DNA of 64,000 nt, taken from Chiloscyllium plagiosum (lineage: Eukaryota). The DNA is taken from NCBI RefSeq assembly GCF_004010195.1, contig NC_057726.1, forward strand, positions 69,240,608 through 69,304,607, given 5' to 3'. The position numbers and the translations under genes were made by a program. Shown here one piece after another: positions 50,680-62,699 of this stretch (its first letter is position 1; the number at the start of each line of letters is the position of its first letter). The notes beneath the pieces were generated by a model. The model had not been told where the DNA came from, searched no databases, and saw nothing but the letters and a program-made list of their open reading frames with translations.

Positions 50680-51264
50680 ACAACAGTTTGCTTCAACAGT
50701 TAGAAAGCTACAGAAAAGAATGGAAGGACGACGTGGTATCAACAAATGCACTAGAAATTGCAGCAGAAAACTCAGTCCTGTCAGTTTGCAAAGTTCTTCT
50801 TCTGATTATCTGCCATTAGTCAAGCAAATGTCTGCCATAATCTTGCTCATGGAATCATACCTTCACACACTCGCCATCTCCATGCGTGTTCTGTCCTACT
50901 GGCAGGACAGACACAAAAGAGGTGGTAGCAATGGTAGACAGTTGGAAGAGTGTTGAATGGGACTCAACATTGACTCTTGACCACATGTTATCAGATCAAA
51001 TATGGGCAAGAAATCTCTTGCTGCGTACAATGTAACACACACCGTCCTCAACCCACCACCCTGTTGCTGATGAATTAGTACTCCTTGATGCTAGCAATCA
51101 TTTGAAAGAGGCCGTAAATACAGTAAGGGTACAAAATGTCTTCTCGGGTTGGGACTTCAATATCTTCAATGTCCACCATCAAGTGAAACTGGGCAGCACC
51201 ACCGCTGACTGAAGTGGTCATGTTGTAAAGTACATCGCCAGCATTTCCTTAAAGAGGCTTCACG

Positions 51265-51952
51265 GGTAGACAGAGTGGTGGAGAAGGTGTTTGGCACGCT
51301 TGACTTCACTGAGTAAAGGAGTTCGAAGGTCATGTTTTGTGGCCGTACAAGACATTTTTAAAGCCAATTCCGGTCGCTATAGAGCAGATGTAGAAAGGAC
51401 TCATAAAAAAAGAACTTAAAGCGATGTTGCAGTGATTGAAGGGTTTGAGTTGTCAGCTTTTTTTCGCTGGAGCATCGGAGGCTGAGGGGTGACATTATAA
51501 AGGTTCATGAAATCATGGGGGGCTTAGATAAGGTGAAGCTGAAAATGGGTTGCTGGAAAAGCGCAGCAGGTCAGGCAGCATCTAAGGAGCAGGAGAATCG
51601 ACGTTTCGGGCATGAGCCCTTCTTCAGATAAGGTGAAACCAAATTATTTTCCTCGGTAAAGGAGTCCAAAAGTGAAGGGTATAGTTTTAAGGCGAAAGCG
51701 AAAACAATTAAAAGGGATCTGATAGCGCCTTCTCACACAGTGGGTGGTGGGTGGATGGAATGAGATACCAAAGGAAGAGGTGGAGATGGGTACAAGTATA
51801 ACATTTAAAAGACATTTGGACAGGGACATGGAAAAAAAAAACGTTTAAGGGAGGCATGGACCAAATGGGATTAATTCAGTTTGGGATATCTGGTCGGCAT
51901 GGACTGTTGGACGGAACAGTCTGTTTCGGTGCTCTATGACTCTATGACTCTA
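51265..51952 (+). mobile_element. CR1 3' remnant containing an 88-bp PLE insert
   Basis: CR1 3' motifs and ctatgactctatgact tail; insert 51538-51625 flanked by TSD AGATAAGGTGAA (51526-51537, 51626-51637). Confidence 0.8.
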
Positions 51953-52589
51953 TCGCTACAAGGCTATTGATAATAATTGATTTAGAGATGCCGGTGTTGG
52001 ACTCGGGTGTACAAAGTTAAAAATCACACAACACCAGGTTATAGCCCAACAGGTTTAAATGGACATCAGAAGGTGTTTCAGTCATTGCACATCTTGAATC
52101 GAATTTGTCTATAATGACTGAACTGTGGCAATTGATTGTCATCATTATATGATCTCGACCTTCCAAAACAGCAAAGACGTTGAATCAAGATATCAGAATC
52201 CTTTCCGAGTAGCTGCAGCAGAAGTAAAAATAGTAAATAAAGGCTTTTGCCCGCAACATCGATTTTACTGCTCCTCGGATGCTGCCTGAACTGCTGTGCT
52301 TTTCCAGCACTACTAATCCAGAATCTGGTTTCCAGCATCTGCAGTCATTGTTTTTACCTAGTAAATTCACATACTTTGGTATTAGTAATGTCAGTGACAA
52401 TCGTGAGCGCAGTCCGTAGATGATTCGAGAGTTACTTTCTTCTCATTAGGCTGGTAGGAACCTTAAACGTCAGCACAACTCATGTACCGACAGACATATT
52501 TGAAACCGGACATCCTCGCTTCAGTTGTGGCGAATTTGTATATATTACACATAGCAATGCAAATTATCACTTCAGTTTAGCTGCGCAAA

Positions 52590-52638
52590 ATGCTCAGAGT
52601 CTTACTTCACTGCACGGCCATGTTATACAGTTGTACAG
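52590..52638 (+). CDS. Gene C leader (signal peptide) exon
   Basis: caaaATG; MLRVLLHCTAMLYSCT; weak phase-1 donor ACAG|gtcccg; 192-nt intron to the V exon. Confidence 0.7.
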
Positions 52639-52830
52639 GTCCCGTGCTCCTCTTTCCAAAGAATGACCGTTATTTCACTTTGTTTCTGAATATGTATATA
52701 TATATATGACAGCTTTTTCTATTGCTGTTTTGTTTTGTCAATACGTGCTTATTTTTCAAACATCTTATAGGTTTATTAAGGATTATTTAATTCGATAGTT
52801 AGCTATTAATTTTGTTTTGTTTTGCAACAG

Positions 52831-53142
52831 CCTCTCACAATTCTCAGCTGACGGTGAGACAAGATCGAGAGTGCGCTGTCACGAGAGGCTCCTTCATTAA
52901 ACTTTATTGCGCTTTCCCCATCTTTCGAGACAAGAAGCCAGTGAAAGTGCAGTGGTGGAGAAATGGGAGAGACGGGTTCTTGGAGGAAAGTTTGGACCGC
53001 AGAATCCAGCTTTATTTCCTCGAACGGGGAGGAGCTGTCTTACAACTGGCGGACGTAAGATTGGAGGACGCTGGGGTTTATTACTGCAGAGTGACACACA
53101 ATGTGGCTGCAAACGGAACCGGCACCAACCTGGTCGTGTTCG
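52831..53142 (+). CDS. Gene C exon: germline-joined VJ-type Ig V domain
   Basis: Acceptor ttttgcaacag|, donor TTCG|gtaaga, 312 nt, phase 1-1. ...LTVRQ...IKLYCAFPIF...VQW...LQLADVRLEDAGVYYC...NGTGTNLVVF. Confidence 0.93.
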
Positions 53143-54362
53143 GTAAGAATCAGGGAGGGGGAAAATACCGCATTCGTTGTGCGATTGTTTTAATCTGAAT
53201 AATTGTCAAAATGTGGATCTAATCTACAAAGAAAGAATTTGTCATCTTCTGTTCCAATCTTAACATTGTAAGATGTCGGAGTGGAGGTAGACGTTTAGGG
53301 TCTGCTCCGCCAGTCAGTAGTATCATGGCTGATTAGATAAGCCTTAATTCCACTTTCCTACCTTTTCCCGATGAACCTTGAACTAGTTAGCAAAAAAACA
53401 TCTATCTGTCCCAGTGTGGAATGCACTTACAAACCAAGTCTCAAGAACCCTCTGTGGAAAAGTATTCTGCAGATTCTCGACCTCTAACAGAACAGTTTCT
53501 ACTTTACCTTTGTCTTTATTAAGCAACCTCTTATTGTGAGATTATGCCCTCTGTTCATAGCTTCTCTCACAAGGGAAAGTAGCCTTTCTGCATCTGTAAT
53601 GTCAAATCCACCAAGGTTCTTCTAAAATTCAATAAAGTCGCCTCTCAGTCCTCTGTAATCCAGCGCATACAAACCCAATATGGTCCTTGTTATTAGACTT
53701 GGGCTACTGCAGATACCTTGCTGAAGAAATGTTAGGGTTCTAAATGAAAACGAGAACGTGTTTACTCAAACGTTACATGTTCTTCTGCTGAGTTTCCATT
53801 AACTTCGGTTTATTTAATGAGTGCGAGTTTTACTCAGTGTGTAACATGTGTTTTGGGTGGGGATTTTTTGTTGTGCTCTCAAAAGCGATCGCCTCAGAGG
53901 TGGGAGCATCTCAGAAAGAAAAGCACGGAGAAGGACTACACATCTCATAATTGTTATGAGCATTCAGAATGTGATGTTTTGTATATTTAAATACTTGGGG
54001 GAATGGAAAATACTAAGTCACCGAAATAATCAACTAATTGATTTCAGAGGCAGAATCAAAGGCCAGTGGAAAATTTAAATCAACATTTCCTTTAATTCCA
54101 GCTCCATGACGTTAAAACTGCGACATTAATTATAACGTTTCTCCTTTTAACTTTCAAAACATGTGTGCTTTCTCTTGGATATGAATCTTTTACCAGCAGA
54201 ATTTTTGAACTGCACGGTGTCACCTATAAACACCCGAAATGTCGAGTAACGAACGCCTTTTGCGGTTTTCTGTTTCTGTTTGACCTTGTGACAGAATTTG
54301 CTTCACATTTTTCAAATTAAATGCAGGCTTCAAAACAAATGTTTCCTTTCCTTTTTGTTCAG

Positions 54363-54665
54363 TCCCTCCGACTCCACTCAAACTGGTCAAACTGCCGGAG
54401 GACGGCTCAGCTTTCCCTCCAACCCTTCTTTGCACAACTGCTGCGTTTTACCCAGACAACCTGAACATCACTTGGTACAAAAATGATTCAGAAATTGCAA
54501 CCGGGATGGAACATGTCAAACTGCAGAATTCCATCGGGCTCTATGAGGTTTCCAGCAACCTGATTGAGACAGAACCCGTTCAGAGCGGTACCGTTTACAC
54601 TTGTCAAGTGTCTCACATCTCACTTCGGACGCCAGCAAATGTCAGCTACACTTTCATTAAATTGG
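54363..54665 (+). CDS. Gene C exon: Ig C1-set domain (missing from the ORF track in this frame)
   Basis: Acceptor cctttttgttcag|, donor TTGG|gtaggt, 303 nt, phase 1-1, open. (V)PPTPLKL...LLCTTAAFYPDNLNITWYKND...LYEVSSNL...YTCQVSHISL...SYTFIKL. Confidence 0.93.
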
Positions 54666-54749
54666 GTAGGTTAATTCAATGATATTAACTTTGTTGCAAT
54701 GAGATTGGAATAAATGTAATTTTCGCACCGCCACATTCTCAGCGGTGCA

Positions 54750-55870
54750 ACAAGGAACGGTGATGGTTGAGGGGTGTTTTTTCCGACTGGACATCGGTGT
54801 TCATAGGAGCCCCACAGAGGTCAGAGTTGGCCCTTCCTCTTTGTGGTTTATGGAAAAGATTTAGACTTGATGGCAGAAGGGCTTACCAGTATCTTCGCAG
54901 ATGACGCAAAAATTGGTGGGTTGGGAAATAGTGAAGAGGATAACCACAGATTGCAAGAACGAATGTGTGAATGTTATTTGACAGTGAAATATAAAAAAAT
55001 GAAAAACTTTCATGTGTCGCCACAATTCCGAGCCGACTTGATAGTTTAAGAATAAGAGAAAACGAAAAGAGGGTATAGAAGGACTGGTCAGGGACCTAAT
55101 CAATGGGAAATAGAGATCTGTATGGATGAAGTGAGGTGATACACTGGAGCAGGTCACACAATGCAAGGGAATATGTGATGAGCAGCAAAAAGCTGGGATC
55201 AGAGAGATGTTGTGTGGGTTCAATGCTTCTTTAAGTTTTCGGTATAGGTAGAAAACATGGTTAAGAAAGCATTTCTGACACTTGCCGTTACTGGCCGAGG
55301 CATGAAGTTAAAGAGAAGGGAGGGTAGATTAGAACTGTGTAAATCGTTGGTTCAGCCACAGCAAGAGTTTTGTGGACAGGTCTGAAATCTACATTATAGA
55401 AACGATGTGATCCCGCTGGAAAGGCTACAGTAAGGTTTACCAAGACGTTGCATGGCTGGAGAGTTGCCCTTATGAAGAGAGATTGGACAGACTTGGTATA
55501 TGTTTCTTAGAGCAGAGGAGATTGAGAGGTATAAAATTATGAGAGACACAGGCAGGTTAGCCGGCAAGGCACTTTTCTCCTCGATCATTGACTAGGGAAA
55601 CGTAGATTTAAAGTAAGGGACAGAAGCTCAGAGGAGATGTGACGAAAAATATCTTCTTTCACCGAGAGCCTGATGGGAATCTGGAATTCCCTGTCTGTAA
55701 CAGTGGTAGAGCTAGAAACTTTCATAAAATTTAAGAAGTATTTAGATGTGCACTTAAGCAGCTTAGGCAGATAAGTGCTGGAAAATGATATTAGAGTGAG
55801 GTGGTTTATTTTTACCAGCGCTGACGTGATGAGGACCCAAAGTCCTTTTTTTTTCTGTGCTGCAGACTTG
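54750..55870 (+). mobile_element. Degenerate CR1 RT/3' remnant
   Basis: LTSIFADDAKIGG motif and CR1-like 3' region. Confidence 0.7.
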
Positions 55871-56329
55871 TCCCACTCTATAACTTAAGCTACAAATGGC
55901 GCTCAGGAAGTCCACATGTGAAGCATTGTTCCGTCCACTGATAAAGATTTGCTCACAGATTAGTCTGTTACTAGGCCGACATTTTGAGCTTTAAACTGGT
56001 ACGTCTCATTGCGCCATATTCTAAAGGGCCATCTCTGAAAATAAAACTTACAGTTAATGTCAAACTTCAACGACTCAACGTCTGTATTGACGACCTATGA
56101 ACACTTGCAGTTTCAGGACAAATTGAGAAATCTTCGTCTTCTAAATCTTATATCAGGAAAGTTTCTCGTCCTCACCGATGCGGTTGATGAACTTGTATAT
56201 TCTTTTGAAAGTCCCATAACTTCCTTTCTACAATGAAACATGTCTGCTCTTTGGTAGTTATTCAATCGGCGGGTGGCCAGCAGAATGCCCAGAGCTCGGT
56301 TATAGTAAACAAGTTCTAATGATTTTATT

Positions 56330-58210
56330 TATTCATTTTCGTGGGATGTGGATGCTTCTGGCTGGTCCATTTATTGCCCACCCCTAGTTGCCCTTGAACA
56401 AGGTGATGGTGATCTGCCTTCTGGAACCGCTGCAGTCCACCTACTTTGGGTTGACCCACAATGCCATGCGGGGCTGAATTCCAGCGTTTTGACTCAGAGA
56501 CAGTGAAGGAAGGGCGATATACTTCCAAGTCAGAGTGATGAGTGGCTTGGAAGGGAATTTGAAGGTGTTGTGTTCCCCTATAATCTACTGCTAGGTCCTT
56601 CTAGGTGGGAGTGGTCATGGGTTTGGAAGGTGCTCTCTGAGGATCTTTGATGAATTTCTGCAGTGTATTTAGTAGGTAGCACTCACTGCTGCTACTGAGC
56701 ATCAGTGTTGGAGAGAGTGAATGCACGTGGATGTAGTGCCAAACAAACGGGCTGCTTTATCCTGGATACTGTCAAGCTTCTTGAATTTTGTTGGAGCTAT
56801 ATTCATCCAGGCAAGTGTGCCTTTAAACTTTCAGGAGTCAGGAGATGTGTTACTCGCCTCAGTATTCCTAGCCTCTGACCTGCTCTTGTAGCCAGTGTTT
56901 ATAAGTGAGTCCATTTGAGTTTCTGATCAATGATAACTCTCAGGATATTGATAGTAGTGGATTCAGTGGGGGTAACACCATTGAATGTCTTGGGTTTGTG
57001 GTTAGATTGTCTCTTGTTGGTGATGGTCATAGCCTGACATTTATGTGGCACATATATTATTTGTCGGCCCTAGCCTGGATATCGTCCAGATCTTGTTGCA
57101 TTTGGACATGGACAGCTTCAATGTCTGAGGTTTCACAAATCGTGCTGAATATTGTGCAATCATCAGTGAACATTCTCACTTCTAACCTTACGATGGAGCA
57201 AAGTTAATTGATGAAGCAGCTGAAGATGGTTGGGTGGAGGACGCTACCCTGTACAACTCCTGCAGAGATGTCCTGCAGCTGAGATTACTGACCTCCAACA
57301 ACTACAACCATCTTCCTATATGCCAGGTATGGCTCTAACCCCTGGAGAGTTGCCCCAGATAATCATTGATTCCAGTTTTGTTCGAGCTCTTTGATGTCTC
57401 ACTTGGTCAAATGCAGAACTTGCTGTTAAGGGCTATCACCCTCACCTCATTCCTGGAATTCTGTTCTTTTGTTCATGTCTGGACCAAGGTTGTAATAAGA
57501 TCAGAGGCTGAGTGGCCCTGGGAAACCCCAAACTGGGTATCACTGATCAGGTTATTGCTGAGCAGAGGCTGCTTGATAGCACTGTTGATGACACCGTCCA
57601 TCATTTTACTGATGATCAAGTGTATACTGATGCAATGGTAATTGTCCGGGTTGGATTTGTCCTGCTTATGTACAGGATATATTTGGGGAATTATCCACAT
57701 TGTCAGGTAGATGCCAATGTTGGAACTGTACTGGGTCAGCTTGGCTGGGGTAGTTCTGGAGTACACGTCTTCAGTGTTATTGCCAGAATGTTATCAGGGC
57801 CCTGTAGCCTTTACAGTGCCCAGTGCCTCCATCCATTCCTTAATGTCACGTGGAGCGAATCGATTTGAGTGAAGACTGGTGTCTGTAATGCTGGGGACCA
57901 CTGGAGGAGGCTGACATGGATCATCCACTCGCAGTTTTGGCTAAAGATTGCTGCGAAAGCTTGAGCCTAATGTTTTGCAGTGATGATGCTTGGCCCATTC
58001 CAGCATTGAGGATGGGGATATTTGTAGAGCCTCTCCTCCAGTCAGTTGTTTAATCAGCCATCACCATTCATAACTGGGTGTGGCATGACTGCAGAGCTTA
58101 GACCTGATCCGTTGGTTGTGGGATTGTTTAGTGCTGTCTATCACTTGCTGCTTATGCTGTTTGGCATGCAAATAATCCTGTTTGGTGGCTTCACCAGGTT
58201 GACACCTCAT
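56330..58210 (-). mobile_element. Non-LTR retrotransposon RT remnant (CR1-group family distinct from the dominant CR1)
   Basis: PVHKQDKSNPDNYHCIS...NNLISDTQFG...HSASDLITTLVQT; related pieces at ~48640-49000 (-) and ~50700-51230 (+). Confidence 0.7.
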
Positions 58211-58216
58211 CTATTA

Positions 58217-58253
58217 GCACCTGATGAAGGAGCACCGCTCCGAAAGCTAGTGT
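58217..58253 (+). ncRNA. Minimal type I hammerhead ribozyme motif in a PLE terminal repeat
   Basis: GCAC-CUGAUGA-A-GGAGC-ACC-GCUCC-GAAAGCUA-GUGU: intact core, 5-bp stem II, palindromic AGCU in place of stem III, short stem I. Confidence 0.7.
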
Positions 58254-58834
58254 GCTTCCAATTAAACCTGTTGGACTATAACCTGGGGATGCGTGATTTT
58301 TAACTAATGTAGATTGTGCTCACTACTGTCTAATGTGCTTCCACAGCAAGGGAAGTCTTAGGAAGACAAAGGGAATTGAGGATTGAAAGGTGAATGGAGT
58401 ATGACAATAGGTCGCGCTGTGCCTGGTCATGTGCAGGGATACGAATGGGAGGAGTGGTCGGCAATGTTAGTAATTTTTTTATACTTGGATGGAGGGTTTG
58501 TGAGGCTGTATCTCGAATTTTAGTCTCTTGAGTGGAAAAAGTAATTATTTGCATTATAATAAGCTCAGATAATGGGCAATCAACTAATTCCTGATTAAAG
58601 CAGTTATCGTGTGAGGAAAGGGTAAAGATTTATCACTTCCAGAAAAATATGCATTTATCGGAATGAAACATGCAAAATTAGACTTCATCGATTTTCACTT
58701 TCAGGAGAGACAAAGCCAAGGGTATACCATTTGAGAACTTGAGGTTTTAAACTTAAGGCGGGTATGAGGGCAACTTTGTTCTCCTGTAGTTAGTGTGAAG
58801 AATTGGTTTTCCAGAATATCGCTGATGTTGTCTC

Positions 58835-61258
58835 ATAGAACAAAGAACAGTACAGCACAGAACAGGCCCTTCAGCCCACGATGTTGTGCAGATCATTGAT
58901 CCTCATGTATGCACCCTCAAATTTCTGTGACCATATGCATGTCCAGCAGTGTCTTAAATGTCCCCAGTGACCTGGCTTCCACAACTGCTGCTGGCAACAC
59001 ATTCCATGCTCTCACAACTCTCTGTGTAAAGAACTCACCTCTGACATCCCCTCTATACTTTCCTCCAACTGACCCCTCGTGTTAGCCATTTCTGCCCTGG
59101 GAAATAGTCTCTGGCTATCGACTCTATCTATGCCTCTCCTTATCTTGTATACCTCAATTAGATCCCCTCTCCTCATCCTTTTCTCCAATGAAAAAAGTCC
59201 GAGCTCAGTCAACCTCTCTTCATAAGATAAGCCCTCCAGTCCAGGCAGCACCCTGGTAAATCTCCTTTGAACCCTCTCCAAAGCATCCACATCTTTCTTA
59301 TAATAGGGCGACCAGAACTGGATGCAGTATTCCAGGTGCGATCTAACCAAAGTTTTATAGAGCTGCAACAAGATCTCACGACTCTTAAACTCAATCCCCC
59401 CTGCTAATGAAAGCCAAAACACCATATGCTTTCTTAACAACTACTTGGGTGGCCATTTTAAGGGATCTATGTACCTGCACACCAAGATCCCGCTGTTTCC
59501 CCATACTGCCAAGAATCCTATCCTTAATCCTGTACTCAGCTTTCAAATTCGACCTTCCAAAATGCATCACCTCGCATTTATCCATGTTGAACTCCATTTG
59601 CCACCTCTCTGCCCATCTCTGCATCCTGTTAATGTCCCACTGCAGCCTACAGCAGCCCTATGTACTGTCAACGACACCGCCAACGTTTGTGTCATCTGCA
59701 AACTTGCTGATCCATCCTTCAGTCCCCTCATCCAAGTCATTAATAAAAAATACAAACAGTAGAGACTCAAGCACAGACCCCTGTGGAACACCACTCACCA
59801 TGACTTCCAGGCAGAATATTTCCCTTTTACTACCACTCGCTGTCTTCTGTTGGCCAGCCAATTCTGTATCCAGACATCCCTGTATCCCATTCCTCCTGAC
59901 CTTCTGAATGAGCCTACCATGGGGAAACTTATCAAATGCCTTGCTAAAGTCCATATACACCACACCCACAGCTCGACCTTCATCAACTTTTCTAGTCACA
60001 TCCTCAAAGAACTCGATAAGATTTGTGAGGCGTGACCTGCCCCTCACAAAGCCGTGTTGACTGCATTTAGTCAAGCCATGCTCTTCCAGATGGTCATAAA
60101 TCCTCTCCCTCAGAATCCTTTCTAACACCTTCCAGATGACAGACATGAGACTCACTGGTTTGTAGTTGCCAGGGATTTCCCTATTTCCTTTCTTGAAGAG
60201 TGGAATTACATTTGCCTCTCTCCAGTCCTCAGGTACGACTCCAGTGGAGAGCGAGAATGCAAAGATTTTCACAAGTGGCGAAGCAATTGCATTTCTCATT
60301 TCCCAAAGCAGCCGAGGACAAGTCTGGTCCCGGCCTGGCGATTTGTCAATCTTAATGTTTGACAAAATTTTCAGCACATCAGCTTCCTCTATCTCTATCC
60401 ATTCCAGCATGCACACCTGTTCTTCAAAGGTTTCATTCACTACAAAGTTCATTTCTTTCGTAAAGACAGAAATAAAAAACTCATTTAGGGGTTCCCCTAC
60501 CTCCTCAGACTCCACACACAGGTTCCCTATGCTATACCTGATCGGCCCTACTCTTTCTTTGACCATTCTCTTATTCCTCACATAAGTGTAAAATGCCTTT
60601 GTGTTCTCCCTAATTCGTTCTACCAAGCCTTTCTCGTGCCCCCTCCTGCTCTCCTCAGACCATTTTTGAGCTCCTTCCTCGTCTGCCTGTAATCCTCTAG
60701 AGCTGTGCTTGACCCTAGCTTCCTCCACCATATGTAAGCTACCTTCTTCCTTTTGACGAGAAGCTCCACTGCTCTTGTCATTCAAGGTTCATTTATCTCA
60801 CCCCTTCTTGCCTGTCTCAGAGGGACATATTTATTCATCGCTCGCAACAACTGTTCCTTAAATAGTCTCCATATGTCTATAGTGCCTTTCCCATGGAACA
60901 ATTGCTCCCAGTCCATGCTTCCTAACTCATGTCTAATCGCAACATAGTTTCCTCTTCCCCAATTAGATATCCTCCCATTTTGTCTAATCCTCTCCTTCGC
61001 CATAGCTATGTAGAATGTGAGGCAGTTGTGGTCACTGTCACCAAAATGCTCTCCCACCACAATATCTGATACCTTCCCTGGCTCGTTTCCGAGCACCAAC
61101 CCGAGAATGACCTCTCCCCTCGTCGGCTTGTCAACGTATTGAGTTAGGAAACCCTCCTGAACACACCTTACAAAAACAGCTCCATTCAAATCTTCTGCTT
61201 GAAGGAGGTTCCAATCAATATTGGGAAAGTTAAAGTCACCCATTACAACAACCCTACT
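58835..61258 (-). mobile_element. Relatively young CR1 LINE, 5'-truncated (EN C-terminus + RT + 3' tail)
   Basis: 168-aa and 375-aa ORFs (VVVMGDFNFPNIDW; [10 protein letters not shown]; GVPQGSVL; KFADDT) with few disruptions. Confidence 0.93.
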
Positions 61259-61616
61259 ACGTTTCGTCCCCTGGCTAGGCGACATCATCAGTGCTTGGGA
61301 GCCTCCTGCGAAGCGCTTCTTTGATGTTTCCTCCGGTGTTTATAGTGGTCTATCCCTGCCGCTTCCGGTTGTCAGTTTCAGCTGTCCGCTGTAGTGGTTG
61401 GTATATTGGGTCCAGGTCGATGTGTTTGTTGATGGAGTTTGTGGATGAATGCCATGCCTCTAGGAATTCCCTGGCTGTTCTCTGTCTGGCTTGCCCTATG
61501 ATAGTAGTGTTGTTCCAGTCCAATTCATGTTGCTTGTTGTCTGCGTGTGTGGCTACTAAGGATAGCTGGTCGTGTCGTTTCGTGGCTAGTTGATGTTCAT
61601 GTATGCGGATTGTTAA
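61259..61616 (-). mobile_element. Penelope-like element fragment (GIY-YIG C-terminus) ending in a hammerhead core
   Basis: LTIRIHEHQLATKRHD...REFLEAWHS; CUGAUGA-U-GUCGCC-UAGCCA-GGGGAC-GAAACGU at 61259-61291. Confidence 0.85.
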
Positions 61617-62606
61617 CAATAAAGCTGTTGAAATTTAGAGAATGGGAGGCGATTTAAAACAAAATGGTGAACCCATTGTCGGCATTTCTGTGAGATGAAA
61701 GATACATGGTGCATAGTACCTCAAAATGGAATGCTTTCCACGTATTTCTGCATTCAGCCATTAAAGGAGTCACTGGTGATGGGGCATTTTATCCATTGCC
61801 AGCTAACGACACTACTTCTGCCATCATGATGGAAGTGAGGTCATTGATGCAACATTTTAAGATGCTTGTTTCGAGAACACTGGGTTGAAGAAATTCAGCA
61901 ATTTTGTCACCGAATCAACGGATTCGCCTCCGACAAAAATAACTTTGTTTTTGTCCTACAAGTTAGCAGTGAAGGGTATCCCTTTAAAACATGAATTAAT
62001 ATTTTTTTCTGAATGCAGTACCTGCCTATGAATTTCCAAATTGCAGTGATGTACAATTTTGCTGATACCAACTATTCCCAGCGCCCTATGCCTATCCAGT
62101 TTGGAATACTAGGTATTTCACGCAAGCATTTAAATATAAAATATATAAAATAGACTGAGATAAAGGAACTTTTTACAATATTGCACAATGTAATGGATTT
62201 ACTACTTTCTTCCTTGACAGATGCTCCAGGTTTGCTCAGTATTTCAAACAGTCGATGCTTTTTTTTCAATTAATTTCAGATGCACTGTTCTCACTGGAGG
62301 CAAAGCTTTCCTCAAACGAATTGGATGGCACAAGCAAAAGGGAGGCTGCAAATTAAAGTGTGAATGATCATGCCAAAATCCCCTATCAGCAATGCATCTG
62401 TCACAAATTGTTTAAATGTATTGACTTTGTATGTTAGCCAGAATCGTCAGATAAAACATTTCAGTGTCTCATATGTATAAAGCTTAAATGTCATCCGAAT
62501 TATTCTGCCCAAATTAAATCTAAAACTTGTCATAGCTGGAATAATTTGCGATTCATTATTATTCTATAATGCTGCAAACAAATTGAATTTGCACCTATCC
62601 TCACAG

Positions 62607-62699
62607 ATTCCAATGATAACATTTACCCAAAGATTTTCGGTTGTTTGGGAGGTGGATTGATATTATTCCTCATCGTGATGTACACACTCAGGCGAATTG
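62607..62699 (+). CDS. Gene C transmembrane exon (uncharged core)
   Basis: Acceptor cctatcctcacag|, donor ATTG|gtaaga, 93 nt, phase 1-1. (D)SNDNIYPKIFGCLGGGLILFLIVMYTLRRI. Confidence 0.88.

Noticed and set aside
41546-53142. Rearranging TCR, Ig light chain or IgNAR V segments
   Set aside because: The J-like strand is already fused in the exon, no RSS was seen, and the TM exons lead to ITIM-type tails rather than TCR or Ig tails.
59658-60785. 375-aa ORF as a host gene or active retrotransposon
   Set aside because: Part of a 5'-truncated CR1 ORF2 broken by stops and frameshifts.
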